Assembly (NCBI GenBank): GCA_963977445.1
Contig: CAXBPH010000019.1
Coordinates: 1-42,536, forward strand
Source: an uncultured bacterium
GTDB lineage: Bacteria > Hydrogenedentota > Hydrogenedentia > Hydrogenedentales > JAEUWI01
DNA length: 42,536 bases
Reading direction: 5' to 3'
Position numbers and translations under genes: made by a program. Shown one piece after another: positions 27,234-36,904 of the stretch. The stretch's first letter is position 1; each line of letters opens with the position of its first letter. Under the pieces are notes generated by a model. That model was not told the DNA's origin. It did not search any database and saw only the letters and a list, made by a program, of their open reading frames with translations.

Positions 27234-28052
27234 TTATTTAACCAGCGTCACTTTGTTGATGTAATCAAGTTTTGGATAGTTCGCTTTCAGGAAGGCACTG
27301 CCCTGATCCGTAATGGCGCCCTGTTCGTTGGACTGAGCACCATAGCCCGCGTAAATGCGGTCTACGTTGTCCATGCCGATGACGACTTCGCCAAAGGGGG
27401 CAAAGCCATCGGCATCGAGAAAGCTGTTGTCTTTAAAGTTGATGAATACCTGGGTCGTCCGCGAATTTGGTGCGCCCGACTTGGCAAAGGTGATTTTGCC
27501 TCGCTGATTGCTCTTGCGAACGGGTTCATCCATGAGACTGTTCTTTTTGAACTGGGCCGTCATTTTTGGATCGGCGGCCAGGCCAAACTGAACCATGAAG
27601 TCATCAATAACGCGGAAATAGCCCGCGTCATTCAGGAATCCGACCTTGCACATTTCATAGAAGCGCTCGGCACCAATGGGGGCCCAGTCTTTGGTGACTT
27701 CGATTACATAGGGCCCTGCTGTGCTGTCCACCTTAACCCGAAAAACATCGGGACAGGTTGCGGGCCACTCGGCGATTTCTTCCAGCGTGGCAATGGCTGC
27801 GGCTGTTTCTGCGGAGGGCGCGCCCGCTTCCGCGCCATCGGCCTGGGCGACGACAATCTCTTCGGTGTCCGTAGCTACTTCAGCGGCCGCTTCATCGGTA
27901 ATGGCCGCCGCTTCTTCAAGTTGGGCCTGGGCCTCTTCGGATTCCAACACTTCCGCATCGGTCTTGGGGCTTTGCTCAAATGCCGCTCGCATGAAAACAA
28001 TTCCGACCAGGATGGCTGCAACACCCAACAGGGTGACGATATTACGCTTCAC
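27234..28052 (-). CDS. Cyclophilin-type PPIase with N-terminal membrane anchor and acidic linker
   Basis: GTG at 28052 with AGGAG RBS; hydrophobic N-terminus; E/A-rich linker; FRVI..FMVQFG, SRTTQVFIN. Confidence 0.9.
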   Translation of the reverse strand: MKRNIVTLLGVAAILVGIVFMRAAFEQSPKTDAEVLESEEAQAQLEEAAAITDEAAAEVATDTEEIVVAQADGAEAGAPSAETAAAIATLEEIAEWPATCPDVFRVKVDSTAGPYVIEVTKDWAPIGAERFYEMCKVGFLNDAGYFRVIDDFMVQFGLAADPKMTAQFKKNSLMDEPVRKSNQRGKITFAKSGAPNSRTTQVFINFKDNSFLDADGFAPFGEVVIGMDNVDRIYAGYGAQSNEQGAITDQGSAFLKANYPKLDYINKVTLVK

Positions 28053-28294
28053 GACGTGACTCCTTTGTCTGCAGCCCGATGCTCTCGGGCTGGTCAAACC
28101 ACTACCTTTGGAAATACCGAAACAGTTCAGTCCGATATCATACCCCGTGCTGAGTGGAACCGTCAAAATTGCCTCGTGCACGAAGTGCGCCCCCCGTGCT
28201 CTCCGGGAAATCAGGAAAAAGGCCCGATTGCGCTGTACACCCCGAGGCGTGGTTGAGTATACTCAGCCCCGATCAACGAGTTGGGAGAACTTTC

Positions 28295-29266
28295 ATGTTT
28301 CAGGATTTTAGAGTCGCTTATCTTCGTAAACACGTCAAGGTAAAGGAGGTACAGCGATTTTCCTTTCTACGCCAGATGGTGGCCTATTTTCTCGCCGAGG
28401 CGGCGCGAAAGACCCCCCATGCGGCTATGGTCGCCCAATATGACGTGACGCCCCTGGTGGAATATGGTCAGGAAAAGGAAGGCGAAATAGCCCGGAATGC
28501 CACCGGAATGGCGGAAAAGGATCTCTTTCGCCGGGCAATCCACAAGAATTTTTCTGCTTTTTTCCTGAAGGCCATTGCCCACAGTCTTCATCATACGCCC
28601 TGCATGAACGGATTTATCGATTATGCACCCATTCTCAATGGGGGTACCCTCTATCGGGCAGAGGATATAAATCTCAGCTTTACGGCCCACACAAAATATG
28701 GGGTGGTTCGCCCCGTGTTGCGCAATCCCCATCTCAAGCCCCTGGAACAGGTGGCGTCGGAAATGCGTGATCTGGTGCGGCGCGCGCGACGTACCGACCC
28801 CGAACAACTCTATTTTGAGGCGGCCCGAATCTATGCCTGGGAGGGCATTCGCCAGCTCGACCTCAAGGCCTTCGGGGCCCTGTGGATTACGTTGCGCGGC
28901 ATGTTGTGGCAGCGCCCCGTCCCCGAGCCCGGCTATGAGAAGATTCCCGAAGAGCAAAAGCTCAAAGTAGACGACATTCTGGGCTCCACCTGCACCGTGG
29001 CCAATATCGGCATGATGATTTCAGGGAACCAGACCGTTACCGTAATTATTCCCCCGGAAGTCATGATGTTTGGTATTGGTGACTTGAAGCTTGCCCCCTG
29101 GGTGGTCGATGGTGCCGTTGTTCCTCGATATACCATCACCGTTACCGGTTCCATGGACCATCGGGCTTTTGATGCCGGGGAAGCCTTCCCCTTCGGTAAG
29201 CACATCAAACGTTACTTTGATAACCCCAACCTCATTTTCGAATGGAACGAGGGCGACCCCATCTGA
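28295..29266 (+). CDS. Stand-alone 2-oxoacid dehydrogenase E2 catalytic-domain-like acyltransferase
   Basis: R..VA..L......PH, DVT.L, INLSF, GVVRPVLRN, GSTCTVANIG, IIPPE....GIG, SMDHRAFD; no lipoyl or E3-binding domain. Confidence 0.8.
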   Translation: MFQDFRVAYLRKHVKVKEVQRFSFLRQMVAYFLAEAARKTPHAAMVAQYDVTPLVEYGQEKEGEIARNATGMAEKDLFRRAIHKNFSAFFLKAIAHSLHHTPCMNGFIDYAPILNGGTLYRAEDINLSFTAHTKYGVVRPVLRNPHLKPLEQVASEMRDLVRRARRTDPEQLYFEAARIYAWEGIRQLDLKAFGALWITLRGMLWQRPVPEPGYEKIPEEQKLKVDDILGSTCTVANIGMMISGNQTVTVIIPPEVMMFGIGDLKLAPWVVDGAVVPRYTITVTGSMDHRAFDAGEAFPFGKHIKRYFDNPNLIFEWNEGDPI

Positions 29267-29384
29267 TCGGGTTGCCCATGTGACGGGGCTACCCGAAACC
29301 GATGAATACCCGGGTGGCACGGACCCGTCTGCAAGACGTGCCCGTGGAGTATGACACCGATTGTGCATCGTCCACGGGCCCACG

Positions 29385-29420
29385 AAAAAAGGGCTCCGGA
29401 AAGTATCGTTCCGGAACCCT
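29385..29420 (-). terminator. Rho-independent terminator after the small ORF
   Basis: Minus strand AGGGTTCCGGAA...TTCCGGAGCCCT followed by a T-tract. Confidence 0.75.
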
Positions 29421-29444
29421 GAGCTGACTGGTATGGATCGGGGG

Positions 29445-29588
29445 TTACTTTTCCAGGATGACCAGGAAATCGTTGTAGCTCTTGCCGTGGTTGGCGGTGA
29501 TAGAAGATACCGTCCAGCCTTCCTTGAGCATCTGATCCAGCTTTTCTTTGTTCGAACCATTAGATTCGATAATAAGTGACGACTGCAT
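29445..29588 (-). CDS. 47-aa small protein, not in the ORF track
   Basis: AGGAGGAGG RBS; MQSSLIIESNGSNKEKLDQMLKEGWTVSSITANHGKSYNDFLVILEK*; terminator directly downstream. Confidence 0.75.
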   Translation of the reverse strand: MQSSLIIESNGSNKEKLDQMLKEGWTVSSITANHGKSYNDFLVILEK

Positions 29589-29726
29589 GGGCGCCTCCTC
29601 CTGGGAATGGTAAACTGCACGTCAGGTACACCAGCCGCATGGTGGTGAGACGAACATTCAAACGCAACGATGGTAGCATGTTCACCGACGGGATTGAAAG
29701 TTCATCCTACGAAGCGCCTGCAAATC

Positions 29727-30419
29727 TTATTGCAGGACGAGAACACCCAAATCTACCGTCTTCGCCGGGGGCAGGGCCGTTTGTCCCTGTTCCAGCCGGG
29801 CACCCGACTCCACTTTGAAGCGCAACCCGTATTCACCGGCCGGGAGATGGTCGAACGTCACAAACCCGTCCGCGTTGGTGGTGCCCTCTGCGGGCCACCA
29901 TGGGCCGCGTGTGGCATGGTAGAGCATGAGCCCGACGGCCATGTTTGCGGCGATTTCCTCATTGGGCAAGAACAGCTGCACCGCCAGGGCGGCGGCCGGC
30001 ACCATTTGAATCGTGAGGTCGTCCTCAATACGGCTGCCACCCGGCAGGACTTCATAGAAATTATTGGGGAAGTAATTCAACATGGGGTCCCACGCCCGAA
30101 GAAAGAGCCGTTCTTTCGTTTCGAAGGAAATCATCCCGCTGCCCGCACTGTCCGTTGTGGTACCCGATGCAACGGGCGCATCGAAGGCATTGGGTTCACG
30201 GGTAACGATAGGGGTCATGTGGGCCAATGGTGCGCCGCTGAGATCGACCACCTGAATCGTTGTGGTTATCGAGCCCGGGGTTTCGGTGGGCGCGGCTTCC
30301 GAGGTGGGCTCCACCGGAGGTGTGGGCACCGCTGGGACTTCTGCCGGTTTAGCGGGCGGTGCGGGATCGCTGCACGCGGGGAGCAGGGTCAACAGCAGCA
30401 GGGCCAGTATGCGTCGCAT
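29727..30419 (-). CDS. Lipoprotein with two carboxypeptidase-regulatory/transthyretin-like beta-sandwich repeats
   Basis: Lipobox LPAC, Pro-rich linker, repeated TTDSAG / TTNADG...FDHLPAGEY; ATG overlaps the stop codon of the ABC gene (TGATG). Confidence 0.75.
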   Translation of the reverse strand: MRRILALLLLTLLPACSDPAPPAKPAEVPAVPTPPVEPTSEAAPTETPGSITTTIQVVDLSGAPLAHMTPIVTREPNAFDAPVASGTTTDSAGSGMISFETKERLFLRAWDPMLNYFPNNFYEVLPGGSRIEDDLTIQMVPAAALAVQLFLPNEEIAANMAVGLMLYHATRGPWWPAEGTTNADGFVTFDHLPAGEYGLRFKVESGARLEQGQTALPPAKTVDLGVLVLQ

Positions 30420-32416
30420 CACACATCGTCCTCCTCGTTCTGGCCGAACTGGGTCCGGTAAAGGCGGCTGTAGACCCCACGGAGCGCGAGTAGTTCCGTG
30501 TGGGTGCCTTTTTCCGCGACTTGGCCATCCTGAATCACCAGAATGCAATCGGCCCGCTGAATCGTAGACAGGCGGTGGGCGATGACAAAGGCCGTGCGCC
30601 CTTCCAGGAAGCTATACAAGGCATCCTGAATGATTCGCTCACTTTCCGTGTCGAGACTGGAGGTCGCCTCATCGAGAATGAGTATGCTGGGGTCTTTGAT
30701 GAAGGCCCGGGCAATGGCAAGTCGCTGGCGTTGTCCGCCAGACAGTGTCGTTCCTGCCTCGTCCAGCCGGGTGTCGTAGCCCTTGGGAAGTTTTTCGATG
30801 AATTCCGCCGCGTTGGCCGCGATGGCCGCCTGTCGGATTTGGGCGTCGGTGTAGTCGTCGCGCCCGGCGGCAATGTTCTCACGGACTGTTTCCGCGAAGA
30901 GGATGCTTTCCTGGGTTACGAGGCTGATTTGTTCCCGGAGGCTCCGTGCCGAGACCTGCCGGATATCGGTGCCATCGATGGTGATGGCGCCCTCCTGCAC
31001 GTCGTAGAAACGGGGGATGAGCTTGACGATGGTGCTCTTGCCGGAACCACTGGTGCCGACCAGGGCAACCATCTGGCCCCGGGGCACATCAATGCTCAGG
31101 TTCTTCAGCACGGGCGTGCCGGGCTGATACCCAAAGGTGACGTTTTCAAAGCGAATGCCCGTGGTCATGGTGGGCAGCACTACCGAAGAGCTCTGTTCGT
31201 CAATGCCGGGTGCCATGTCGATAAACTCAAAAACGCGCTCGGCGCTGGCGATGCTGGTTTGAACCATGTTGTTAACGGCAGAAAGTTTACGCACGGGATC
31301 GAGAAGCATGGCCAGGGCAAGGAGGAGGGTGAGCATTTCACCCCGATCCAGGAGTCCGGCGTCCATACGCTGACCCGCAACGAGCAGAAACAGGGCCACC
31401 CCGATAACCAGGATAAATTCAGTGACGGGGCCTGTCGTCGCGTGGAGGCGCACCATCTGATAGAGAAACTTCTTGAGGCGCTCTATCTCATCGCGCACGC
31501 GGCCGATTTCATAGTCTTCCATGGTGAAGACTTTTACGATGGCGATACCGTTCACGGTCTCATTGACCACCGAGGCCATGCTGGATATTTTCTCCAGCGA
31601 GCGGCGCACCGACTTGCGCATTTTCATACCGATTTTCGTCAGAATCAGGAAGACCGGTGGCAGGCCACAGACGCCGATGAGGGTCAATACGGGGTCGGTG
31701 TAGAGGGCGAATCCGAGAAAGCAGATGGCCTTCACGGGCTCCCGCATCACTTTGACGAGGACGCCTTCGAGGCCCCGGTTGACCATGAAAATATCGTTGG
31801 TAAAACGGGCGAGCACGTCGCCCGTCGTGCTCGTTTCAAAGAAACCCACCGACTGGGCCATGAGGTTGTCATACATATTGCGGGCCATCTCGGTGGAGAT
31901 GTTGGCACTGATAGCCCCGGCGAAGTATTCCTGTAAGAAGCGGGCGATTCCCACGGCCAGCGAGAAAATGACGAGGAGAATACAGGTGACCTTTACGACG
32001 GCCGCCCGTTTGCCCCGCATGGAAACGACCAGTGATCGAAACCCCGGTTCCAGCTGTTGGGGGGCGCTCAGGTGGTCTTCCCAGAAATCACCGGGTAGCC
32101 ACAGGATGGCCTCGTCGATTCGCGTGTTGGACTTCTGGATGGCCCGCGCGATGGACTCCTGGGGGTCTTCATGGAGCAATTCGCCGGTTGTCGGGTGGAA
32201 TTCCGCTTCGTAGTAGGTCAGATTGACGACTTCGCGCACCGCAATAAGCATGGTGGTGAAGGATACCGCAATAAACACCGCGAAGAGCAGGGACACCAGC
32301 AGGCGCATCTTATACTGCCACGTATAGACGAGCAGACGGCGATACACGGTCCAGGCCGAGCCCTTGGGCTTGTCAGGACGGGCTGCGGGGTCGCCATTGG
32401 GACCTGTATTTATCAT
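30419..32416 (-). CDS. MsbA-like ABC exporter (TMD plus NBD)
   Basis: TM domain; Walker A GTSGSGKST; LSGGQRQR; ILDEATSSLD; IAHRLSTI. Confidence 0.92.
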   Translation of the reverse strand: MINTGPNGDPAARPDKPKGSAWTVYRRLLVYTWQYKMRLLVSLLFAVFIAVSFTTMLIAVREVVNLTYYEAEFHPTTGELLHEDPQESIARAIQKSNTRIDEAILWLPGDFWEDHLSAPQQLEPGFRSLVVSMRGKRAAVVKVTCILLVIFSLAVGIARFLQEYFAGAISANISTEMARNMYDNLMAQSVGFFETSTTGDVLARFTNDIFMVNRGLEGVLVKVMREPVKAICFLGFALYTDPVLTLIGVCGLPPVFLILTKIGMKMRKSVRRSLEKISSMASVVNETVNGIAIVKVFTMEDYEIGRVRDEIERLKKFLYQMVRLHATTGPVTEFILVIGVALFLLVAGQRMDAGLLDRGEMLTLLLALAMLLDPVRKLSAVNNMVQTSIASAERVFEFIDMAPGIDEQSSSVVLPTMTTGIRFENVTFGYQPGTPVLKNLSIDVPRGQMVALVGTSGSGKSTIVKLIPRFYDVQEGAITIDGTDIRQVSARSLREQISLVTQESILFAETVRENIAAGRDDYTDAQIRQAAIAANAAEFIEKLPKGYDTRLDEAGTTLSGGQRQRLAIARAFIKDPSILILDEATSSLDTESERIIQDALYSFLEGRTAFVIAHRLSTIQRADCILVIQDGQVAEKGTHTELLALRGVYSRLYRTQFGQNEEDDV

Positions 32417-32789
32417 AGATTCAGTTACTTTCGGGGGGAGTTTAAGGCCCTGTATGCTAGCATAGGGGCCGATATCCAATCAAAGCCGCCTGGGCCGGTT
32501 TGGGGGCCGATACTGCCCGAATCGACCATGGCCAAGGGGTTATGATTGGGGCTTTACGATATTCCGTGCGGCCCGCAAAACGTCACGGGGCTTTGGGTAG
32601 AGTTACCGATTGATCAACAACCCGATTCCAATACATTGCGACGCGTTGCAATCGGAAACTCTCCCCGTCATGGGGCTCACCTTCCAAGAGGTCGCCTATA
32701 AAACTCGGGAGTAGACGAGCTTGACCAAGTGGGTGGTGCCCCGGCGTCCGTACCTACATCAACCCGTCGATTTCAGGTACAATGACGCC

Positions 32790-33734
32790 ATGAAATACCT
32801 TCGCATTGTACTTGCCTGTCTGTTACTTTCCCTGACGGCGACTTGGGCAATGGCCGACACCCTCACCGGTGGCATATTCACGGTCGACTTTCACTCCGAT
32901 GACCGCATCGTCGCCGAAGATACCCTGGCGTATCTGGAAGAGGCCGCCGCCGAATTCTCCGAGCACCTCCCTCCGGGGGATACCCCCATCCAGGTCCGCA
33001 TCGCGTCAAACATGAACGAGTTCCTGGGTCTGAGTGGCACCTATGCCCACGTGGGCGTCAGTGGGGTCACCCGAGCGGACAAGAGTCTTATTGCGCTGAA
33101 ATCGCCCCGTCTTCGGTCCCTGGGCGATGATTATCGCGGTACCGTGCGCCATGAGTTGGTACACGTGCTGCTCCATCGCAATGTGGATACGACAAATCTG
33201 CCCCGCTGGTTGAATGAGGGGCTCTGTATGATGCTGGCCAACGAACTTCGATGGGGGAGCGCGCTACAAGTGGCCCGAATGCATTTGTCTGGTCAACTCG
33301 TCCCCCTGGACCGGCTGGATCGGGTCTTCGCCCTTCCGGGCAATGACCACCAGTTCGGCAATGCCTATGCCCAGGCCCTTTCCATGACCCGATACCTCCG
33401 TGACGAATTGGGCGAGGAGCGATTCTGGAATGTTATTCTCGATACCCGCGAGGAAAGCTTTGCGTCGGCCATGGTTTCAAAGGGGAATCTGTCCGCCCAG
33501 GCGTTCTGGCAGGGCTACATGGGGAGCCTGTGGTGGCTGACCGTAATATCCGTTCTGCGGACCGGATCCTTCTGGGGTGCCATCAGCTTTTTGTGTATAC
33601 TTACTTTTCTCGTAAAGCACTGGCGCAATCGTAAGATTGTCCAGCGTTGGGAATCGGAAGAAGCAATGGACGAAGAAGATCGGCCCTTCGACTGGGATTC
33701 CATCCTGGTTGATGCCGATGATTGGAAACGATAG
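32790..33734 (+). CDS. Exported peptidase MA-like (gluzincin) protein with C-terminal TM anchor
   Basis: Signal peptide; HELVH...PRWLNEGL; AYAQA; C-terminal TM helix. Confidence 0.85.
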   Translation: MKYLRIVLACLLLSLTATWAMADTLTGGIFTVDFHSDDRIVAEDTLAYLEEAAAEFSEHLPPGDTPIQVRIASNMNEFLGLSGTYAHVGVSGVTRADKSLIALKSPRLRSLGDDYRGTVRHELVHVLLHRNVDTTNLPRWLNEGLCMMLANELRWGSALQVARMHLSGQLVPLDRLDRVFALPGNDHQFGNAYAQALSMTRYLRDELGEERFWNVILDTREESFASAMVSKGNLSAQAFWQGYMGSLWWLTVISVLRTGSFWGAISFLCILTFLVKHWRNRKIVQRWESEEAMDEEDRPFDWDSILVDADDWKR

Positions 33735-33812
33735 TCGTCGAACAATTTCGTCGGGGAATTGGAACGACAACCACCCAGCGGGTGAAAACCCCCAATAGAT
33801 TCAGGTGTGCTG

Positions 33813-35882
33813 ATGTCACAAAGTACTCTCGAAATTTTTAAACCCGCATGCCTCAGCGACGATGTCCTTTCCCGACTGGTCGTTAGCCCGGGGCGGCCCT
33901 ATCCACTGGGCCCCAACGTGCGCCTCGACGGCGTCCGCTTCAGTGTGGTGAGTCGCTTTGCTACCCGCGTCTGGCTGTGTCTCTATCGCAGTCTCGATGA
34001 CATCGAGCCGGTGTGGGAATTTGAGTATGAGCCGGCCCGTCATCGAACGGGGGATGTGTGGTCCATCTATATTCAAGGTCTGGCGCAAGGGGTTTACTAC
34101 AAATACCGCATGGACGGCGACTACGATCCTCTTGGTGGTCACTACTTTGATTCCCGGGTGTATCTGCTGGATCCCTGGGCGAAGGCTTTCGCCGGCAAGG
34201 TGTACGACGGCACCATCAAGTGCGTAACGGTTTTGGATGAAGTAGACCGGTCCTATGAGGTCCGTCCCCGTATTCCCATGAATGAGATGATCATTTATGA
34301 AGTGCACGTGGGGGGCTTTACCCAGGACCCCTCGTCGGGCGTGACCCATCCTGGAACCTACCGGGGTCTTGTGGAAAAGTTGCCGTACCTGAAAGAGCTC
34401 GGCGTGACGGCCATCGAGTTGTTACCCATCCAGGAGATGGGGGAGACCCGACTGGGCCGTTGTAGCGTGAACGGTAAGAGCGAGCTGAAAAACTTCTGGG
34501 GCTATAGCAGTATCGGTTTCTTTGCCCCCACCGGGCGCTACGGGTGCAGCGCAACGGGTTGGGAGCACTTGCACGAGTTTCGCGAGATGGTGGAGGCGAT
34601 TCACGATGCGGGGATGGAAGTCATTCTCGATGTAGTCTTCAATCACACCTCAGAAGGCGACGAGCGCGGGCCCAGCCTGTGTTTCCGCGGCATGATAAAT
34701 ACGATTTTCTATATGCTCGATGAGCGTGGGCACTACCTGAATTTCTCCGGTTGCGGGAATACGGTCAATTGCAACCACCCCCTTGTGCGGGACTTCATTC
34801 TCGATAGCCTCCGGTATTGGGTGTCGGTCATGCGTGTCGATGGATTTCGCTTTGATCTGGCCTCCATCCTGGGGCGGGATCAGAACGGCGATGTCATCGA
34901 GAATCCCCCATTGGTGGAGCGCATTGCCGAGGATCCCGTCTTGCGGGATGTGAAGCTGATTGCGGAGGCCTGGGATGCCGGCGGTGCCTACCAGGTGGGT
35001 TCCTTTGGCGACATACGCTGGGCCGAGTGGAATGGTCGATATCGTGACGACGTGCGCCGTTTCTGGCGGGGCGATAAGGATACGCGGGGATTGCTGGCCT
35101 CCCGCCTTATGGGCAGTGCCGACGTCTATGAGCACGCCGGTCGAACGCCGTGTCACAGTATCAATTTTACGACCTGCCACGATGGTTTTACCCTCCGTGA
35201 CCTCGTGTCCTACACGCGAAAAATAAATTGGGACAATGGCGAGGGCAATCGCGATGGAAGCAATGATAACCTGAGCATCAATTGTGGCGTCGAAGGCGAC
35301 ACCGAAGTGGCGTGGGTGAATGATCTTCGCACGCGTATGCAGAAGAACCACCTGGCGACGTTGTTTCTATCGCTGGGCGTGCCCATGTTACTTGGCGGCG
35401 ACGAATTCGGAAGAACACAAGGGGGAAACAACAACGCCTACTGTCAGGACAACGAAGTTTCCTGGTTTGACTGGTCTATGTTGGATGAAAATAAAGCGCT
35501 GTTTCGATTTACCCGCCTGTTGATCGCGTTTCGAAAGGATCAGCCGGTCCTGCTGCGCGAACAATACTTTGATCCGTCAACCGATGATATCCGTTGGTAT
35601 GGTGCCAATCTCAAGAGTCCCGACTGGGCAAGTGGCACGTTGTTACTTTCCTTTTATGTCAATCCCCGTGTCAATAAAGGGCGAGGGCTCTTCGTTATCT
35701 TCAATGGTGCCGAAGAGACGACGGACGTTCTATTGCCCGAAGGAAACTGGGAGCAATGTGTGAACACGGCACTACCCTCTCCCGATGATATTCAGTGGGG
35801 CGAAGGTTCCCAGCGCGAATCCATAAGCGGGAAGATTGAAAGTCCGACTCGCTCGGTGGTCGTGTTGCGGCAGCTCAACTGA
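33813..35882 (+). CDS. glgX: Glycogen debranching enzyme (isoamylase)
   Basis: PGRPYPLG, IIYEVHV, NFWGY, DVVFNHTSEG, GFRFDLAS, IAEAWD, CHDGFTL.D, GNNNAYCQDN. Confidence 0.96.
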   Translation: MSQSTLEIFKPACLSDDVLSRLVVSPGRPYPLGPNVRLDGVRFSVVSRFATRVWLCLYRSLDDIEPVWEFEYEPARHRTGDVWSIYIQGLAQGVYYKYRMDGDYDPLGGHYFDSRVYLLDPWAKAFAGKVYDGTIKCVTVLDEVDRSYEVRPRIPMNEMIIYEVHVGGFTQDPSSGVTHPGTYRGLVEKLPYLKELGVTAIELLPIQEMGETRLGRCSVNGKSELKNFWGYSSIGFFAPTGRYGCSATGWEHLHEFREMVEAIHDAGMEVILDVVFNHTSEGDERGPSLCFRGMINTIFYMLDERGHYLNFSGCGNTVNCNHPLVRDFILDSLRYWVSVMRVDGFRFDLASILGRDQNGDVIENPPLVERIAEDPVLRDVKLIAEAWDAGGAYQVGSFGDIRWAEWNGRYRDDVRRFWRGDKDTRGLLASRLMGSADVYEHAGRTPCHSINFTTCHDGFTLRDLVSYTRKINWDNGEGNRDGSNDNLSINCGVEGDTEVAWVNDLRTRMQKNHLATLFLSLGVPMLLGGDEFGRTQGGNNNAYCQDNEVSWFDWSMLDENKALFRFTRLLIAFRKDQPVLLREQYFDPSTDDIRWYGANLKSPDWASGTLLLSFYVNPRVNKGRGLFVIFNGAEETTDVLLPEGNWEQCVNTALPSPDDIQWGEGSQRESISGKIESPTRSVVVLRQLN

Positions 35883-35899
35883 GGAGGAGCCGCACGGGC

Positions 35900-36739
35900 C
35901 TATTGCATGTAGGGCTGTACGCGATCCAGTATGAGCCCGACCAGCATGGACGCAATGCCAAAGCATAGGGCCATGAAGTAGAGTGCGACCAGCGCTTGTG
36001 CGAGGCGTTTCAGGCTGTGTCCCCACGCGTTGGCCAGGGGCAGGCCACTCAGGATGGAAATGGGTATGATGCTCGCACAGATCAGGAAAAAGATTGTGCC
36101 ATCGTAGAAGGTCAACCAATCCCATTTTCCCAGGGGGGGGAAGGGCTCGCTAAAGGCTTTTACATAGCCGTAGGCGATCAGGTCCAGTAACTTATACGCG
36201 GCCCATCGAAGTGCGAAAGCGGCGGCCAGCGGCACAATCGCGCGCAGGGCAAGTTGACCAAAATTAATCGTTGGCCGTTCTTTCTCGTCGGATGCCATAT
36301 AGAACTCACCGTAGGCTATGAGGTAGCAGAAAAATGCCACGGGCCCTGTCACCAGACCGAGGCCAACGGTTGCGAGCCGTACCGCCCAGGGTGAAACGCC
36401 GAATCGGTCGGCATTGTAGGCACAGACACCGAGCCAGACAGGTTTTACCTCGGCTTCGGAGGCAGGGGGCGCTTTTTTGCTGGCCGTAGCGGGTGCCGGC
36501 GTGCCGGGCCGCGACGATTCCGCCGGGCGGGCCATGGAAGAGGCGCGTCGGAGGGCGGCGAGTACATCTTCATCGCTGATGCTGCTTCCGGGAAGCCCTT
36601 CCAGCTCTTTGTACACCCAGGCCTGAATCTGACGAAGTCCGCGTTCTCGCGCGTTATCCGTCAAGGATTCATCAAATTGCAGGGCAAGATCACGCAGATA
36701 GCGTGATATGAAAGATTCCTGTTTTTGTGTGAGTTGCAT
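35900..36739 (-). CDS. Membrane protein with HAAS-like N-terminal helical domain, PspC domain and extra TM helices
   Basis: WLGVCAYNADRFGVSPWAVRL resembles PspC; ISRYLRDL...ARERGL..I...SDEDVLAAL resembles HAAS; about 4 TM segments. Confidence 0.65.
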   Translation of the reverse strand: MQLTQKQESFISRYLRDLALQFDESLTDNARERGLRQIQAWVYKELEGLPGSSISDEDVLAALRRASSMARPAESSRPGTPAPATASKKAPPASEAEVKPVWLGVCAYNADRFGVSPWAVRLATVGLGLVTGPVAFFCYLIAYGEFYMASDEKERPTINFGQLALRAIVPLAAAFALRWAAYKLLDLIAYGYVKAFSEPFPPLGKWDWLTFYDGTIFFLICASIIPISILSGLPLANAWGHSLKRLAQALVALYFMALCFGIASMLVGLILDRVQPYMQ

Positions 36740-36904
36740 GGAGACTCGTCTTTCGTTACCGAGAGTCAACGGAAGGACGACCCAAAGTCCCGTTACTCGG
36801 GGACACCGCTCCCCAACGGGCGGCAGTATACCCTATCTACCCCGGATGCGCCAAGCTTGCCGTGGCGCACCGTCGTAGTGGTGAAAACGGGCAACAGATT
36901 ACCG

